Assembly (NCBI GenBank): GCA_018303805.1 | Contig: JAGVXL010000001.1 | Location: 243,528-303,527, forward strand | Source of the DNA: Candidatus Pacearchaeota archaeon | GTDB lineage: Archaea; Nanobdellota; Nanobdellia; Pacearchaeales; DTIR01 | Direction: 5' to 3' | Length of the DNA: 60,000 bases | Shown: one piece after another, positions 17,643-27,335 of the stretch | Position numbering within the stretch: the stretch's first letter is position 1 | Layout of the letters: each line of letters opens with the position of its first letter | Made by a program: the position numbers and the translations under genes | The notes under the pieces: model-generated | Database searches by the model: none | Seen by the model: the letters and a program-made list of their open reading frames with translations, nothing else | Told to the model about the DNA's origin: nothing

Positions 17643-20288
17643 TTACACAACGTCTGCGTATGTAGCAGTTTGCTTCTTCAGTGCTGTTCCAACAGTTGTT
17701 GCAGGCTTGTTTGCTGTCACGTAAGTTACAGCCTTTCTTGTGTCTGCTCCCTCATAACCAGCGACAAGCATTGCAACCTTTCCAGTTGCGTAAGGCGAGT
17801 CCAAAACCTTTATGAGGAATTGGTCTGCGCTAATGCCTGACTTGTTTGTGAAGTCTGCTCCACAGATAGGCATGTCACTTCCGAGCAACTTTGCGGCAAC
17901 AGTATTGATACAGCTTCCGCCAACAACAATCAGGTTCTTTGAGCTGACAGTGTCAATCTCAGAGTCCATCACTGCCACTGAACCAAGTTCAGCAACAGCG
18001 CTTCCTGTTGTTGAAGCTGAAACTTCTGCACTTGTTGTAGCAATAACAACATCCGCAAGCATCTGCTCATCAGGATATTTTATTGTAACTCTATCGTTGT
18101 CTGTTGAGTCATACTCGTTGAAAGTTCCATATCTTGTAACCTGCCTTCTCAAGTTTGAATCGCTTGTCAAACTTGTAAGAGGTGAAGCAATGTTTGTTAC
18201 TAGAGGTGTAGAAACGCTAATCTCTACTGGTGATGTACTTCCAGATTTGTCAACATTTACACAAATGGCATCTCCATTGTCAGCATTGCCTGTTTCTGAA
18301 GTCTTCTTTTCCTCAATGAAAAGAATTGCTGCTCCGTTCTCTGTTGTTGAGTTGAACAAACAATCTGTTCCTGCTACTAAGGCACTGCCATCATTCTGAT
18401 TTATGTCAATACCAATAATGGTATTGTTTGTACTGCCTCTGAAATCTATGGTATAGTTAACATTGCCGAACTTCTTGCTTCCATACCCGCTAGCAGCATT
18501 GCTGTTGTTGATGATAGATAATCCTGTCTCATAGTCAGCAAGTGTCTGTATACCTGGCAGTGAATAAGTGCCGGAATTTGATAGCGTGACAGGCTTTAAG
18601 ATTGCAATCCAGCCACCTTTCGCAAGCTTTATTCTTGGATAGATGGTATTCTGCGTACCTGTTCCATTAGTTCCATAAGTGGCACCTGCACCCCATGTGA
18701 TAGACGCATTTGAAGTGCTGCCGTTGTATACCTTGAACTTGTATTGATTGCCATCAATGTTTGTTGTTGCCTGACCTGATGTACCAACAGTTAATCCTCC
18801 CTCAAAGAGGTTTTTGCCTGTTATAACATCCTCAAATTGAACCTTTGAGGTAGTATCAAGGTCTCCTGTAGGCACCTCAGTAAGCTTTATGATTCTACCA
18901 TAGTCGCCTACATTAATCACCGCATATTCGTTTATTAATACAGCATCGCTCTCAACAACATGTACGGTTTTGTTTGCTGAATCCGTAAGCAATGTTCTTA
19001 TTCCTGTATCTGCATCATCGTCATCATGCCCGAAGTAGATTGTTTTTTCTCCTGCTTCGCCAGCAAGAGCACTTGTAAAGGTTACCTTTGCATTCCTGCT
19101 ATTGTCTGTGTCAATCTTTACCTTATCTCTTGTTACAGCATCCAAATCTGGAGTTACAGAAACAAACTGTGTCTTGATCCCACCAAAAACAGGATCAACA
19201 AAACTTTCTCCTGCTTTGATGTAATCCTTTGTGGATGTTGTCATAGACACATTCACCTTGACTGCTGACACCAACGAATCAGATGTTGGGTCAATATCAA
19301 CCTCTGTGCCATAGATAGATGTTTCATCACTGCCTTGTTTCACTGCTGAACCATGCTGCAAGATAATCTTCTTGCTCCCTATGTTTAAGTCGGCATAGCT
19401 AACCTGTGCTTCTTTTGCAAGGTAATGGACTGTTTTTGCATAAACCTCCAAGCCGCCAACCTTAGATGAGCTGCCTTCTGCGATTCTTCTTACTGTGCTT
19501 CCATCAATAGATACAGACACATAGTTCACAGAACTGATTAGCTCAATACTCGATACCTGAACAGAATAGGTTTTGCCGCCTATCTCAATTGAAGCAGTTT
19601 CGCCTTCTTTCAAGGTTTTCTCTGTTCCTGCACCAAACAATACAAGCTTGTCTGTTCCTGATGTTGTAGAGCCAGAGCCAATTGTGTAATCCTGACCCAT
19701 TATCTTTATGCTGTTGCCTTGCACATCAGTATGTGTAATGTTCAAGTTCTTGTTGAAGGTAGTCACATATTGGTACAGATAATTTTCAGCAGCTGTTCCA
19801 ACCTCTACAAGCAATGCAGGGTCATTCAAATCGCCTCCTGAAGTGCTGTAGTTAATTGCTCTACTGCCGAGTGTCAAGGTCTGGGTGTAGCTGTATTCTG
19901 TTCCTGCATCATCAAGAATTTTACCATTTCCAAGCAAAGTTGGTAACTCTGATTTTGTCAAAGAGGTTCTTGCATCATTCAACTTGCTGTTAAGATAAAT
20001 CTTTTGGCTTGTTGTTGCAAGATTTGCTGACTCCTCCGTTGAGCTTGTGCTTGCTGAGCCGCCTGTTGCTGTCTGTTTTGCAAGCTCTGCCTGCAAGTTT
20101 GAAGCAATGTCAACAGCTGCAATATTGTCTATTGTGGCTGCACTTGCCCCTATGACTATCGCAACATCAGCTGCCCCGCTCTTGATAAAAGGTGAAGGGT
20201 ATGCTGCGGCACTTGCTACAGCTATGCTTGAACCAATCATTACTGCGCTAGCTAACACTGAAGTAATTTTTCTAAAGTTAAATTTCAT
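17643..20288 (-). CDS. Major S-layer protein (S_layer_N/C type)
   Basis: N-terminal YPSPF...DVAIVIGASAA..D.IAA; C-terminal NLIVVGGSCINTVAA and LVAGY...DT; SD AAGGAGG upstream. Confidence 0.9.
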   Translation of the reverse strand: MKFNFRKITSVLASAVMIGSSIAVASAAAYPSPFIKSGAADVAIVIGASAATIDNIAAVDIASNLQAELAKQTATGGSASTSSTEESANLATTSQKIYLNSKLNDARTSLTKSELPTLLGNGKILDDAGTEYSYTQTLTLGSRAINYSTSGGDLNDPALLVEVGTAAENYLYQYVTTFNKNLNITHTDVQGNSIKIMGQDYTIGSGSTTSGTDKLVLFGAGTEKTLKEGETASIEIGGKTYSVQVSSIELISSVNYVSVSIDGSTVRRIAEGSSSKVGGLEVYAKTVHYLAKEAQVSYADLNIGSKKIILQHGSAVKQGSDETSIYGTEVDIDPTSDSLVSAVKVNVSMTTSTKDYIKAGESFVDPVFGGIKTQFVSVTPDLDAVTRDKVKIDTDNSRNAKVTFTSALAGEAGEKTIYFGHDDDDADTGIRTLLTDSANKTVHVVESDAVLINEYAVINVGDYGRIIKLTEVPTGDLDTTSKVQFEDVITGKNLFEGGLTVGTSGQATTNIDGNQYKFKVYNGSTSNASITWGAGATYGTNGTGTQNTIYPRIKLAKGGWIAILKPVTLSNSGTYSLPGIQTLADYETGLSIINNSNAASGYGSKKFGNVNYTIDFRGSTNNTIIGIDINQNDGSALVAGTDCLFNSTTENGAAILFIEEKKTSETGNADNGDAICVNVDKSGSTSPVEISVSTPLVTNIASPLTSLTSDSNLRRQVTRYGTFNEYDSTDNDRVTIKYPDEQMLADVVIATTSAEVSASTTGSAVAELGSVAVMDSEIDTVSSKNLIVVGGSCINTVAAKLLGSDMPICGADFTNKSGISADQFLIKVLDSPYATGKVAMLVAGYEGADTRKAVTYVTANKPATTVGTALKKQTATYADVV

Positions 20289-20454
20289 TTTGTTTTCACT
20301 TAACCTCCTTTCAACTGTATAATAATTCGGCCTTTGATACCATGCCTGGCATTAATAGGGTAATTGCCAAGCCAGATATCTTAGATAGTAATCTTCGTAG
20401 CCCCTATTTAAGAATCACTGTTACTGGCCAGTCTATGTTAAGCACTAATTTCCA

Positions 20455-20473
20455 GGCGTTTAAAAAGCTTTCG
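20455..20473 (-). promoter_or_regulatory. BRE-TATA promoter of the S-layer gene, implying a leader of about 145 nt
   Basis: Minus strand GCGAAAGCTTTTTAAA. Confidence 0.55.
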
Positions 20474-20697
20474 CTGGCTCTCCAGGATTCCAAGCTAGAG
20501 ATAGAAGGGAAAAGCCGGATTTTCCGGCTTTTCTTTATAAATATGACGTCGTTACCGGGTTATAGTTACAACTTAGGAGAGCTAAGGAAGGGTTATTGCA
20601 TCGGCTCATAATATTAGGTAAAAAATACCCTAGATATTACTTACCATAGAAGGGATTACTAAACATATAAGTAAAACATAATATTTAAATAGCTCTA

Positions 20698-21081
20698 TTG
20701 CTTAAAAAGGATATGGCAAAAGAGGAAAAAACAGGGCATTTTGAAATCAAGTTAAGGCATGGGGCTTTCTCCACTTTTTTCAGGCGCTTTAAAGTTGAAG
20801 GCAGAAGGTATGCTGGCTTGGATTTCTCTGATATCTCTGCATTAAGGCAGCTTTTAAGCAATGAAAAAGCAAGGATACTCTGGACACTGCAGAACAAAAA
20901 GCCAGGCTCGCTCTACGAACTTTCAAAAATGCTAGGAAGGGATTTTAAATCAGTAAGGCAGGATATAGAGCTTTTGAGGCAGTTTAATCTTGTGAGGTTT
21001 GTGCAGGAAACAAAGGGGAAGAGAAAAAAATTAAGGCCAGTGATAAATATAGAGAAGCTGGATATAACAATAAGCCTCTAA
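20698..21081 (+). CDS. Winged-HTH transcriptional regulator (HVO_A0114-like)
   Basis: LRQLLSNEKARIL...PGSLYELSKMLGRDFKSVRQDI. Confidence 0.85.
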   Translation: MLKKDMAKEEKTGHFEIKLRHGAFSTFFRRFKVEGRRYAGLDFSDISALRQLLSNEKARILWTLQNKKPGSLYELSKMLGRDFKSVRQDIELLRQFNLVRFVQETKGKRKKLRPVINIEKLDITISL

Positions 21082-21085
21082 ATTC

Positions 21086-21616
21086 TTAATAGCAAAATTT
21101 AAGCACTATTTCTATGTCTCCTGCATCAAGGGGAACAAGCTCTTTTGCAGATAGGGTGTTTCCTGAACACTTTCCTTTGCTTAATGCAAGGATGTCTGCC
21201 TGCTGTTTCATGCCGAAAGTTGACTGCGTTGTTGAATAGCTGATATTTAAATGGTATGCACTAACTGGCCTGTCAATGCCCATATTGGGCATGGCTGCGT
21301 TAAGCATCTTCTCAGCTGTTTCCTTTAAACCCTGGCACGCTGGAATGCCGCTGCTGCACTGCATCCCCTCATAGCAGCTCTTAGCCAAATCTCTGAAAGT
21401 TTCATATGCTGGCTTGTAAACACTGCAGTCAGTTGTGTATTGCAGCATTGCACCAAGCAAATTTGAAACCTGCCTGCTTTCTATTGGTTCCTGCTTTTTT
21501 GTAAGCGACAAGCCAAGAAAAACAAGGGCAATAACCGCAATCAGCACAATAACAACAACAAAGCCTACTATCTCCTCCTGTGATTTTTTATTTTTCAAAC
21601 TTCCAACCTTGTTCAT
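21086..21616 (-). CDS. Class III signal peptide (pilin-like) protein
   Basis: KKSQ-EEIVGFVVVIVLIAVIALVFL. Confidence 0.8.
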   Translation of the reverse strand: MNKVGSLKNKKSQEEIVGFVVVIVLIAVIALVFLGLSLTKKQEPIESRQVSNLLGAMLQYTTDCSVYKPAYETFRDLAKSCYEGMQCSSGIPACQGLKETAEKMLNAAMPNMGIDRPVSAYHLNISYSTTQSTFGMKQQADILALSKGKCSGNTLSAKELVPLDAGDIEIVLKFCY

Positions 21617-21618
21617 TT

Positions 21619-22116
21619 TTATCTCCTCTCAAGCTTTACATTTTCAACTGAAACCAGCAGTTTCGCCAGGCTGCACTGCTGCCATGTATATCCTTCCTGC
21701 TGCAAAGTCCTGCACAAAGGCACAAAAGAGGCATAGCTCACTTCTGGCTTGCCCTTCTGGTAAATAGTAATGGTTTCTGATTTTGGATAAATCCTGACAA
21801 CCTGTATCCTTACTATGCCTTTCCACAAATCATTGTATGCAGACATATTTCTTAGGGCATACAGCTTGTCCTCATCTATGCAAGCCCCATGCAAGCAGGA
21901 GAATTCAGGCATTGCCATGAACTTGTCAAGCAGGCTTATGGCCTGCTCTTCCAGCCGGTTATTCTTGGCAGCATAAACCTGCCTTACCTGATAATTTGAA
22001 TAAAAGATAAACAGGATGGCAAATAATAATGCGAGAGCCAGCAGCATAAATGCAGTCTCCTGAATTTTCAGCTGGGCTTTTCTTGCCATATAGATTATTT
22101 TCTTATTATTGTCCAT
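21619..22116 (-). CDS. Class III signal peptide (pilin-like) protein
   Basis: RKAQ-LKIQETAFMLLALALLFAILFIFY. Confidence 0.8.
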   Translation of the reverse strand: MDNNKKIIYMARKAQLKIQETAFMLLALALLFAILFIFYSNYQVRQVYAAKNNRLEEQAISLLDKFMAMPEFSCLHGACIDEDKLYALRNMSAYNDLWKGIVRIQVVRIYPKSETITIYQKGKPEVSYASFVPLCRTLQQEGYTWQQCSLAKLLVSVENVKLERR

Positions 22117-22122
22117 TTTTAT

Positions 22123-23091
22123 CTAAAACACCCTGCAAACCAAGCCATTATTCTCATTTTCAGCTTGCTTGACAAAATCATTTATCATCTGTATATTCCC
22201 CCCTTTTGTGAGATAGGAAGCCTGCGTGCTTAAAACACTCATTTTTTCCCTGAGCTTGCCTGTGCCGCAGCCTCTCGCATCAAGCAGTTTGGATTTCTCT
22301 GCATAGAGCTTTGAAACCAAGCTTAACCTGCTCATCAATCTCTGGACATTGCACTTATACATCTCAGAATCAGAGAACACAGCAGCATACATAAGGGGCA
22401 GGCCAAGATAATAAACTATCTCAACCTTGCTGTCTGCCCTGTTCTCTACAATTCCATAATCATAAATATCTTCGCATAAACCAAAACACTGCCCATACAC
22501 ATTGATTTCACAGGCAGAATTCTGAAAGCATACTGTCCTGCTGCCTTTCCTGCATTCTCCTAACCTGTAAACAGCATGCATATTGCTCATGTTAAGCTCA
22601 TTCAGTTCAGAAAGCACCTTGTCAGGAGGATTGACAAAGCAGTAATCCTGCATGACAGCATAGGTTAAATCAGCAACCTTAAATGGCATCTCAAATGGCT
22701 TTGAAAATACATACAAAACCTTGCCCTCCTGAAATTTGGAAAAAACATACTTGTTGTAGATGTTCTGGGTTGCTCCATACTCCTGCCATTTTTTCCCGAA
22801 TGTGGAGAATGTTGCAATCTTCAGGTCCTCCCTGCCTATGCCAGAATAAACGCAGCTTAACTGCATTCTTGTCTGGACAGGCAGGTCTATCCTTGTAGCA
22901 ACAGCAGAGGCAATGCTGCTTTCAATAGGGTTAAGCAAAACAGACAGTTTTGCCGCCAGTTCAGTGTCATACTGGTATCTCTGAATATTCATATATCTTG
23001 AAACAGCAAACAAAGCCAAGAAGAGTATTACAGCCCCGACAATGATTGCAAACACAAACTGGAATGGGATTTGCGCCTTTTTTTCTGTCAT
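22123..23091 (-). CDS. Class III signal peptide (pilin-like) Cys-rich protein
   Basis: KKAQ-IPFQFVFAIIVGAVILFL. Confidence 0.8.
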   Translation of the reverse strand: MTEKKAQIPFQFVFAIIVGAVILFLALFAVSRYMNIQRYQYDTELAAKLSVLLNPIESSIASAVATRIDLPVQTRMQLSCVYSGIGREDLKIATFSTFGKKWQEYGATQNIYNKYVFSKFQEGKVLYVFSKPFEMPFKVADLTYAVMQDYCFVNPPDKVLSELNELNMSNMHAVYRLGECRKGSRTVCFQNSACEINVYGQCFGLCEDIYDYGIVENRADSKVEIVYYLGLPLMYAAVFSDSEMYKCNVQRLMSRLSLVSKLYAEKSKLLDARGCGTGKLREKMSVLSTQASYLTKGGNIQMINDFVKQAENENNGLVCRVF

Positions 23092-23093
23092 TT

Positions 23094-23663
23094 TTAATTT
23101 CCTATCCTTACAAGGGCATCGTTAAATCCCTTAACCAGCTTTATCCTGATTTTGCCTTTGACCTCTAGGAAGCATAATGGATTGGTTGCATTCTGGATAC
23201 GGATATGCTTTATATCGCTGGCAGCCATGCTGCATGCCTTCTGCCACGGATAAAGAAAGAAGTTTGCGTTCCTGTACTTGAAATAAGCTGCCAAATCATC
23301 ATAAATCTGCGAGGCAGTTTCCCTCTCCGCATCATTCAAGCCGGCAAGAATCTTGCCTATCTGGAGGTCAGCAAAACATGCATAGTCCAGCCCAGAGGGC
23401 AGTTCATGTTCAAAGAATGTTGATGCTTCCTGCGCCTGCCAGACCTCATCAATCTTATCCTGCAACTGCCTTGTAAACAAGCCGATATCTGCGCACCTCT
23501 TAACTTCCAAAAAATGCCTGATGACAAAAAAGGCAACAGCGAGAAAAACTGCGATTATAAACAGGGAAAAAATCATTTCAAGAGGAAGATGCATCTGCCC
23601 TGACTTTCCAAAATTAAACCTCTTTCTTGCCAAAATTGCCATGTTCCCTCTTTTGTATCCCAT
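23094..23663 (-). CDS. Class III signal peptide (pilin-like) protein
   Basis: KSGQ-MHLPLEMIFSLFIIAVFLAVAFFVI. Confidence 0.78.
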   Translation of the reverse strand: MGYKRGNMAILARKRFNFGKSGQMHLPLEMIFSLFIIAVFLAVAFFVIRHFLEVKRCADIGLFTRQLQDKIDEVWQAQEASTFFEHELPSGLDYACFADLQIGKILAGLNDAERETASQIYDDLAAYFKYRNANFFLYPWQKACSMAASDIKHIRIQNATNPLCFLEVKGKIRIKLVKGFNDALVRIGN

Positions 23664-23747
23664 ATAAAATAAACCACTATCTAAAAATCTTTTGGTTTAT
23701 TAAAAGGTATTTAAACTTTGCTTGTTCATAACCCTATGATTATTAAA

Positions 23748-25181
23748 ATGCCTGAGAAAATAAGCCACAATTGCGGCTTCTGTGTTGCACATACATTGCA
23801 TGATGCATATTCTTTGATAAAATCACTCCAGCACAGAGGCAGGGAAGCAACGGGAATAGCTGCTGTGGGAACCAACAGAATAGACGTCATAAAGTGGAAA
23901 GGGCCTGTAGACAGGTTTGATATAATAGATTTGTATAAATTATTTCCAAGCACGCAGTATCATACCTATATGGCGCATGTCAGGTATGCAACAAGAGGAA
24001 GAAAAGACAGGATATTGGAGGATGCACACCCCCATACAATAGGCGGCAAAGCAGAAGATAAGGGCAATCACATATTAATATTGGATTGTGAAATGGCTGC
24101 GGTGCATAATGGCCAGATAAATGAAGGGTATTTTGACGGAATTGACAGGAATTTATTAAAAACAGAATGCGATACAGAGGCGCTGCTTCATTTATTTCGG
24201 GAAAAAGGCGAATATGAAATCTTAAAACAAATTCCCGGTGCATATACCCTGTCCATAGCAGATAAAAAGAGAAAAGAGATTATTATTTTAAGGGATAGGA
24301 CGGGGATAAAGCCGGGCGTGTTGGGATGGAAGGACGGAAAATATTGCATTGCTTCAGAAGACATAGCCCTCAAAAAAAATGAAGGAATGTTCATAGAGGA
24401 CCTTGATTTGGGCTCTGCATACTATTTGAATCCTGATGGCAGTTACGGTAAAAAGAATATTGCCAAGCAGCAAGCAGCATACTGCTTCTTTGAATGGAAT
24501 TATATTGCAGATGTTGATTCTATCTTGAATGGAATAAGCGTGAGAAGGATAAGGGAATCTTTGGGGGAGATGCTTGTAAGGGAATTTTATGCCCAGGCGG
24601 ATTTGGTGACATTCCTACCAAGATGCCCCGAAGTGGCCGCAAGAAGCTACGCCAAAAAAAGAGGCATCCCTTTTGAGCCTATTTTTTACAAGATGAGGGG
24701 CGAGAGGGCTTTTCAGGGCTCAACAATGGATGAGCGGAAAATTTCTATTGAAGAAAACCTGCACCTCCTGCCTGCAAAGGATAATCTGAAGGGAAAAAGG
24801 GTTATCTTGATAGATGACAGCACAGTAAGAGGCAATAATGCAAAGAGGGTAAGAGAGCTGCTGTATAAGCAGGCAGAAGTTGGAATTGCTTACCATGTAA
24901 ATTATACGCCTGCAATAGGCATAGTTGGCAAGGACGGCACAGCAAGAGGATGCATGTTTGGGGTTGATATGCCGCCAAATGACAGTTTTATAGCCAGAGG
25001 CAGGACACTGGAAGAAATCAGCAGTGAAATGGGAATGCCTGTGAATTATATCTCCCTAGAGGGAATGTTAAGGGCATATGAAGAATCAGGAATGCCAAGA
25101 GAGGATTTATGCACCTATTGCATCGGGGGCAAGCATCCATTTGGAATTCTAAATCAGGATAGTTTTATGGCAAAAATTTAA
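23748..25181 (+). CDS. purF: Amidophosphoribosyltransferase
   Basis: Propeptide then Ntn Cys (HNCG), LQHRG, HVRYAT, HNGQI, DTE, PRPP motif LIDDSTVRG, Fe-S cysteines (CFFE, CMFGVD, CTYC). Confidence 0.88.
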   Translation: MPEKISHNCGFCVAHTLHDAYSLIKSLQHRGREATGIAAVGTNRIDVIKWKGPVDRFDIIDLYKLFPSTQYHTYMAHVRYATRGRKDRILEDAHPHTIGGKAEDKGNHILILDCEMAAVHNGQINEGYFDGIDRNLLKTECDTEALLHLFREKGEYEILKQIPGAYTLSIADKKRKEIIILRDRTGIKPGVLGWKDGKYCIASEDIALKKNEGMFIEDLDLGSAYYLNPDGSYGKKNIAKQQAAYCFFEWNYIADVDSILNGISVRRIRESLGEMLVREFYAQADLVTFLPRCPEVAARSYAKKRGIPFEPIFYKMRGERAFQGSTMDERKISIEENLHLLPAKDNLKGKRVILIDDSTVRGNNAKRVRELLYKQAEVGIAYHVNYTPAIGIVGKDGTARGCMFGVDMPPNDSFIARGRTLEEISSEMGMPVNYISLEGMLRAYEESGMPREDLCTYCIGGKHPFGILNQDSFMAKI

Positions 25182-25205
25182 ATACAACTTTATCATTTTA
25201 ACAGC

Positions 25206-26516
25206 ATGATTGACATAAAACTCATAAGAGAAAATCCAAAGATAGTCAAGGAAAGCCAGAAAAAAAGGGGGCTTGATGAGAAAGAGATAGACAATCTAGT
25301 AGAGATTGACAGCAAGTGGAGGGTCATAAAGCAGGAAACAGACAGCACGAGGGCAGAAAGAAACAAGATAACCCTTGAAATAAATGAAGCCAAGAAACAA
25401 GGTAAAGATGTTAATGAGTTGATAAAAAAAGCAAGAGAACTTCCAGGCTTGCTTGCAAAAAATGAGGCAGGGCTGCAGAAACTTGAGCAGGAGAGAATTT
25501 CAATTCTTGAGAACATTCCCAATATCGTGGATAAGTCAGTTCCAGTGGGAGATGAAAGCAAAAATAAGGTTATAGAAAAAGTCGGCAAGGCAAAAAAGAT
25601 TGCCTATGCAAAAGGGCATGAAGAACTGCTTCTCACACTTGAGCAACTGGATATAGAGAGGGCGGGCAAGGTTGCAGGGGCAAGGTTTTACTATCTGAAA
25701 AATGATATTGTAAAATTAAATTATGCCATAATCAATTTTGCGCTTGATTTGTTCAGGAAAAAGGGTTTTATCCTTATGCAGCCGCCGTACATGCTGAGGA
25801 GAGATGCATTAAAAGGCGCATTAAATCTCGCGACCTTTGAAGAAATGATTTACAAGATACAGGATGAGGACTTGTATCTTATAGGCACGGCAGAGCATGC
25901 CTTGAACGCTTACTATATGAATGAGGTTCTACAGGCAGACAAGCTGCCGGTAAGGTTCGCAGGAATCTCACCATGCTTCAGGAAAGAAGCTGGCTCGCAT
26001 GGCAAGGACACAAAGGGAATTTTCAGGATACACCAGTTTGAAAAGGTTGAGCAGTTTGTTTTCTGCAAGCCAGAACAGGCATGGAAGGAATTTGATGAAA
26101 TACTCAAAAACACAAAAGAGATTTTCAGGAAGCTTGAAATCCCATTCCAAGTTGTTATTTTGTCTTCGCGAGACATGGGCAGGACTGCAACAAAAACTGT
26201 TGATATTGAGGGATGGTTTCCATCGCAGAAGGCATACAGGGAACTCGGCTCTTGTTCAAACTGCACAGATTATCAGGCGAGAAGGAGCAACATAAAATAT
26301 GATGAAAAAGGGGAAAGGAAATTTGTATACACCTTAAACAACACTGCAATTGCAACAGAGAGGGCAATTGTTGCCTTGGTTGAAAATCACCAGCAGAAAG
26401 ACGGCAGCATAAAAATTCCTTCTGCACTCTGGCAATATACTGGCTTCAAGGAAATCAAGCCAAAAAATAAGGCAGCCAATAGGAAAAAGGCAAAGTTGCG
26501 GGAAAGAAAAAAATAG
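25206..26516 (+). CDS. serS: Serine--tRNA ligase
   Basis: MIDIKLIREN, GTAE, CFRKEAG, GIFRIHQFEKVEQF, SCSNCTDYQARR. Confidence 0.97.
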   Translation: MIDIKLIRENPKIVKESQKKRGLDEKEIDNLVEIDSKWRVIKQETDSTRAERNKITLEINEAKKQGKDVNELIKKARELPGLLAKNEAGLQKLEQERISILENIPNIVDKSVPVGDESKNKVIEKVGKAKKIAYAKGHEELLLTLEQLDIERAGKVAGARFYYLKNDIVKLNYAIINFALDLFRKKGFILMQPPYMLRRDALKGALNLATFEEMIYKIQDEDLYLIGTAEHALNAYYMNEVLQADKLPVRFAGISPCFRKEAGSHGKDTKGIFRIHQFEKVEQFVFCKPEQAWKEFDEILKNTKEIFRKLEIPFQVVILSSRDMGRTATKTVDIEGWFPSQKAYRELGSCSNCTDYQARRSNIKYDEKGERKFVYTLNNTAIATERAIVALVENHQQKDGSIKIPSALWQYTGFKEIKPKNKAANRKKAKLRERKK

Positions 26517-26586
26517 CAGGCAGGAAAACAGGGAAAAGAAAGAAAAAGTGAAGGGGGTTCTAATCAAGGTTAAAAAGGAAAGTTCA

Positions 26587-26640
26587 CCGCAAAAAGCTCT
26601 TGCTTTTTGGGGCCCCGAAAATCTATAAAGATTTTCGCGG
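26587..26640. mobile_element. 54-bp double-hairpin element inserted in one copy of a 26-bp duplication
   Basis: AAAGGAAAGTTCA[insert]TAAGAAAACCTTG versus the uninterrupted copy at 26660-26685. Confidence 0.75.
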
Positions 26641-26696
26641 TAAGAAAACCTTGCTTTTGAAAGGAAAGTTCATAAGAAAACCTTGGTTGTCTTATA

Positions 26697-27236
26697 ATGA
26701 TTATTACTATTTCTGGGATGCCAGGCAGCGGAAAGAACACTGTTGCAGACATTCTTGCAAAAAAGCTTAAGCTGAAGAGATACAGCGTCGGGAATTACAG
26801 GAGAGGGATGGCAAAAAAACATGGAATGACATTACAGGAATTAAACAAGCTTGGAGAAAAACAGGGCTTTACTGACAAGGAAGCTGATGAATGGCAGAAA
26901 AGGATAGGAAAAAAACAAGGCAATTTCATAATTGACGGCAGGTTAAGCTGGCATTTTATCTCCAACTCCATAAAAATTTTTCTTGATGTCAAGCCGGAAA
27001 TAGGGGCAAAGAGAATCATGCTTGACAACAGGCAGGAAGAAACTGCAAAAACAAATAGGCAGGCAATAAAGATGTGGAAAACAAGGGTTGCGTCAGATAT
27101 CAAACGATACAAGAAATACTACAACCTCAATCCATACAGCAAGAAAAATTATGATTTTGTGCTTGATACTTCCAGCCTTAACATTAAAGAGGCAGCAGGC
27201 AAGGTTCTGGAGTTTATTAAAGCCTGTAAAAAATAA
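26697..27236 (+). CDS. cmk: Cytidylate kinase (archaeal type)
   Basis: IITISGMPGSGK, IIDGRLS, RYKKYY, YDFVLDTS. Confidence 0.92.
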   Translation: MIITISGMPGSGKNTVADILAKKLKLKRYSVGNYRRGMAKKHGMTLQELNKLGEKQGFTDKEADEWQKRIGKKQGNFIIDGRLSWHFISNSIKIFLDVKPEIGAKRIMLDNRQEETAKTNRQAIKMWKTRVASDIKRYKKYYNLNPYSKKNYDFVLDTSSLNIKEAAGKVLEFIKACKK

Positions 27237-27335
27237 AACCTGGGATAATCCTCCTTTTTTCCTGAACCACTCAACTATTGCCCCCGATTACCCACCATAA
27301 AACCAAACAGGTTATTTAAAAGTGCCAAGGATTAT

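Noticed and set aside
20342-20611. 89-aa ORF upstream of the S-layer gene
   Set aside because: It overlaps the S-layer promoter and leader in antisense and has no recognisable features.
26574-26695. Mini CRISPR array
   Set aside because: The insert interrupts one repeat copy rather than lying between repeats, and it is itself a repeated hairpin element.
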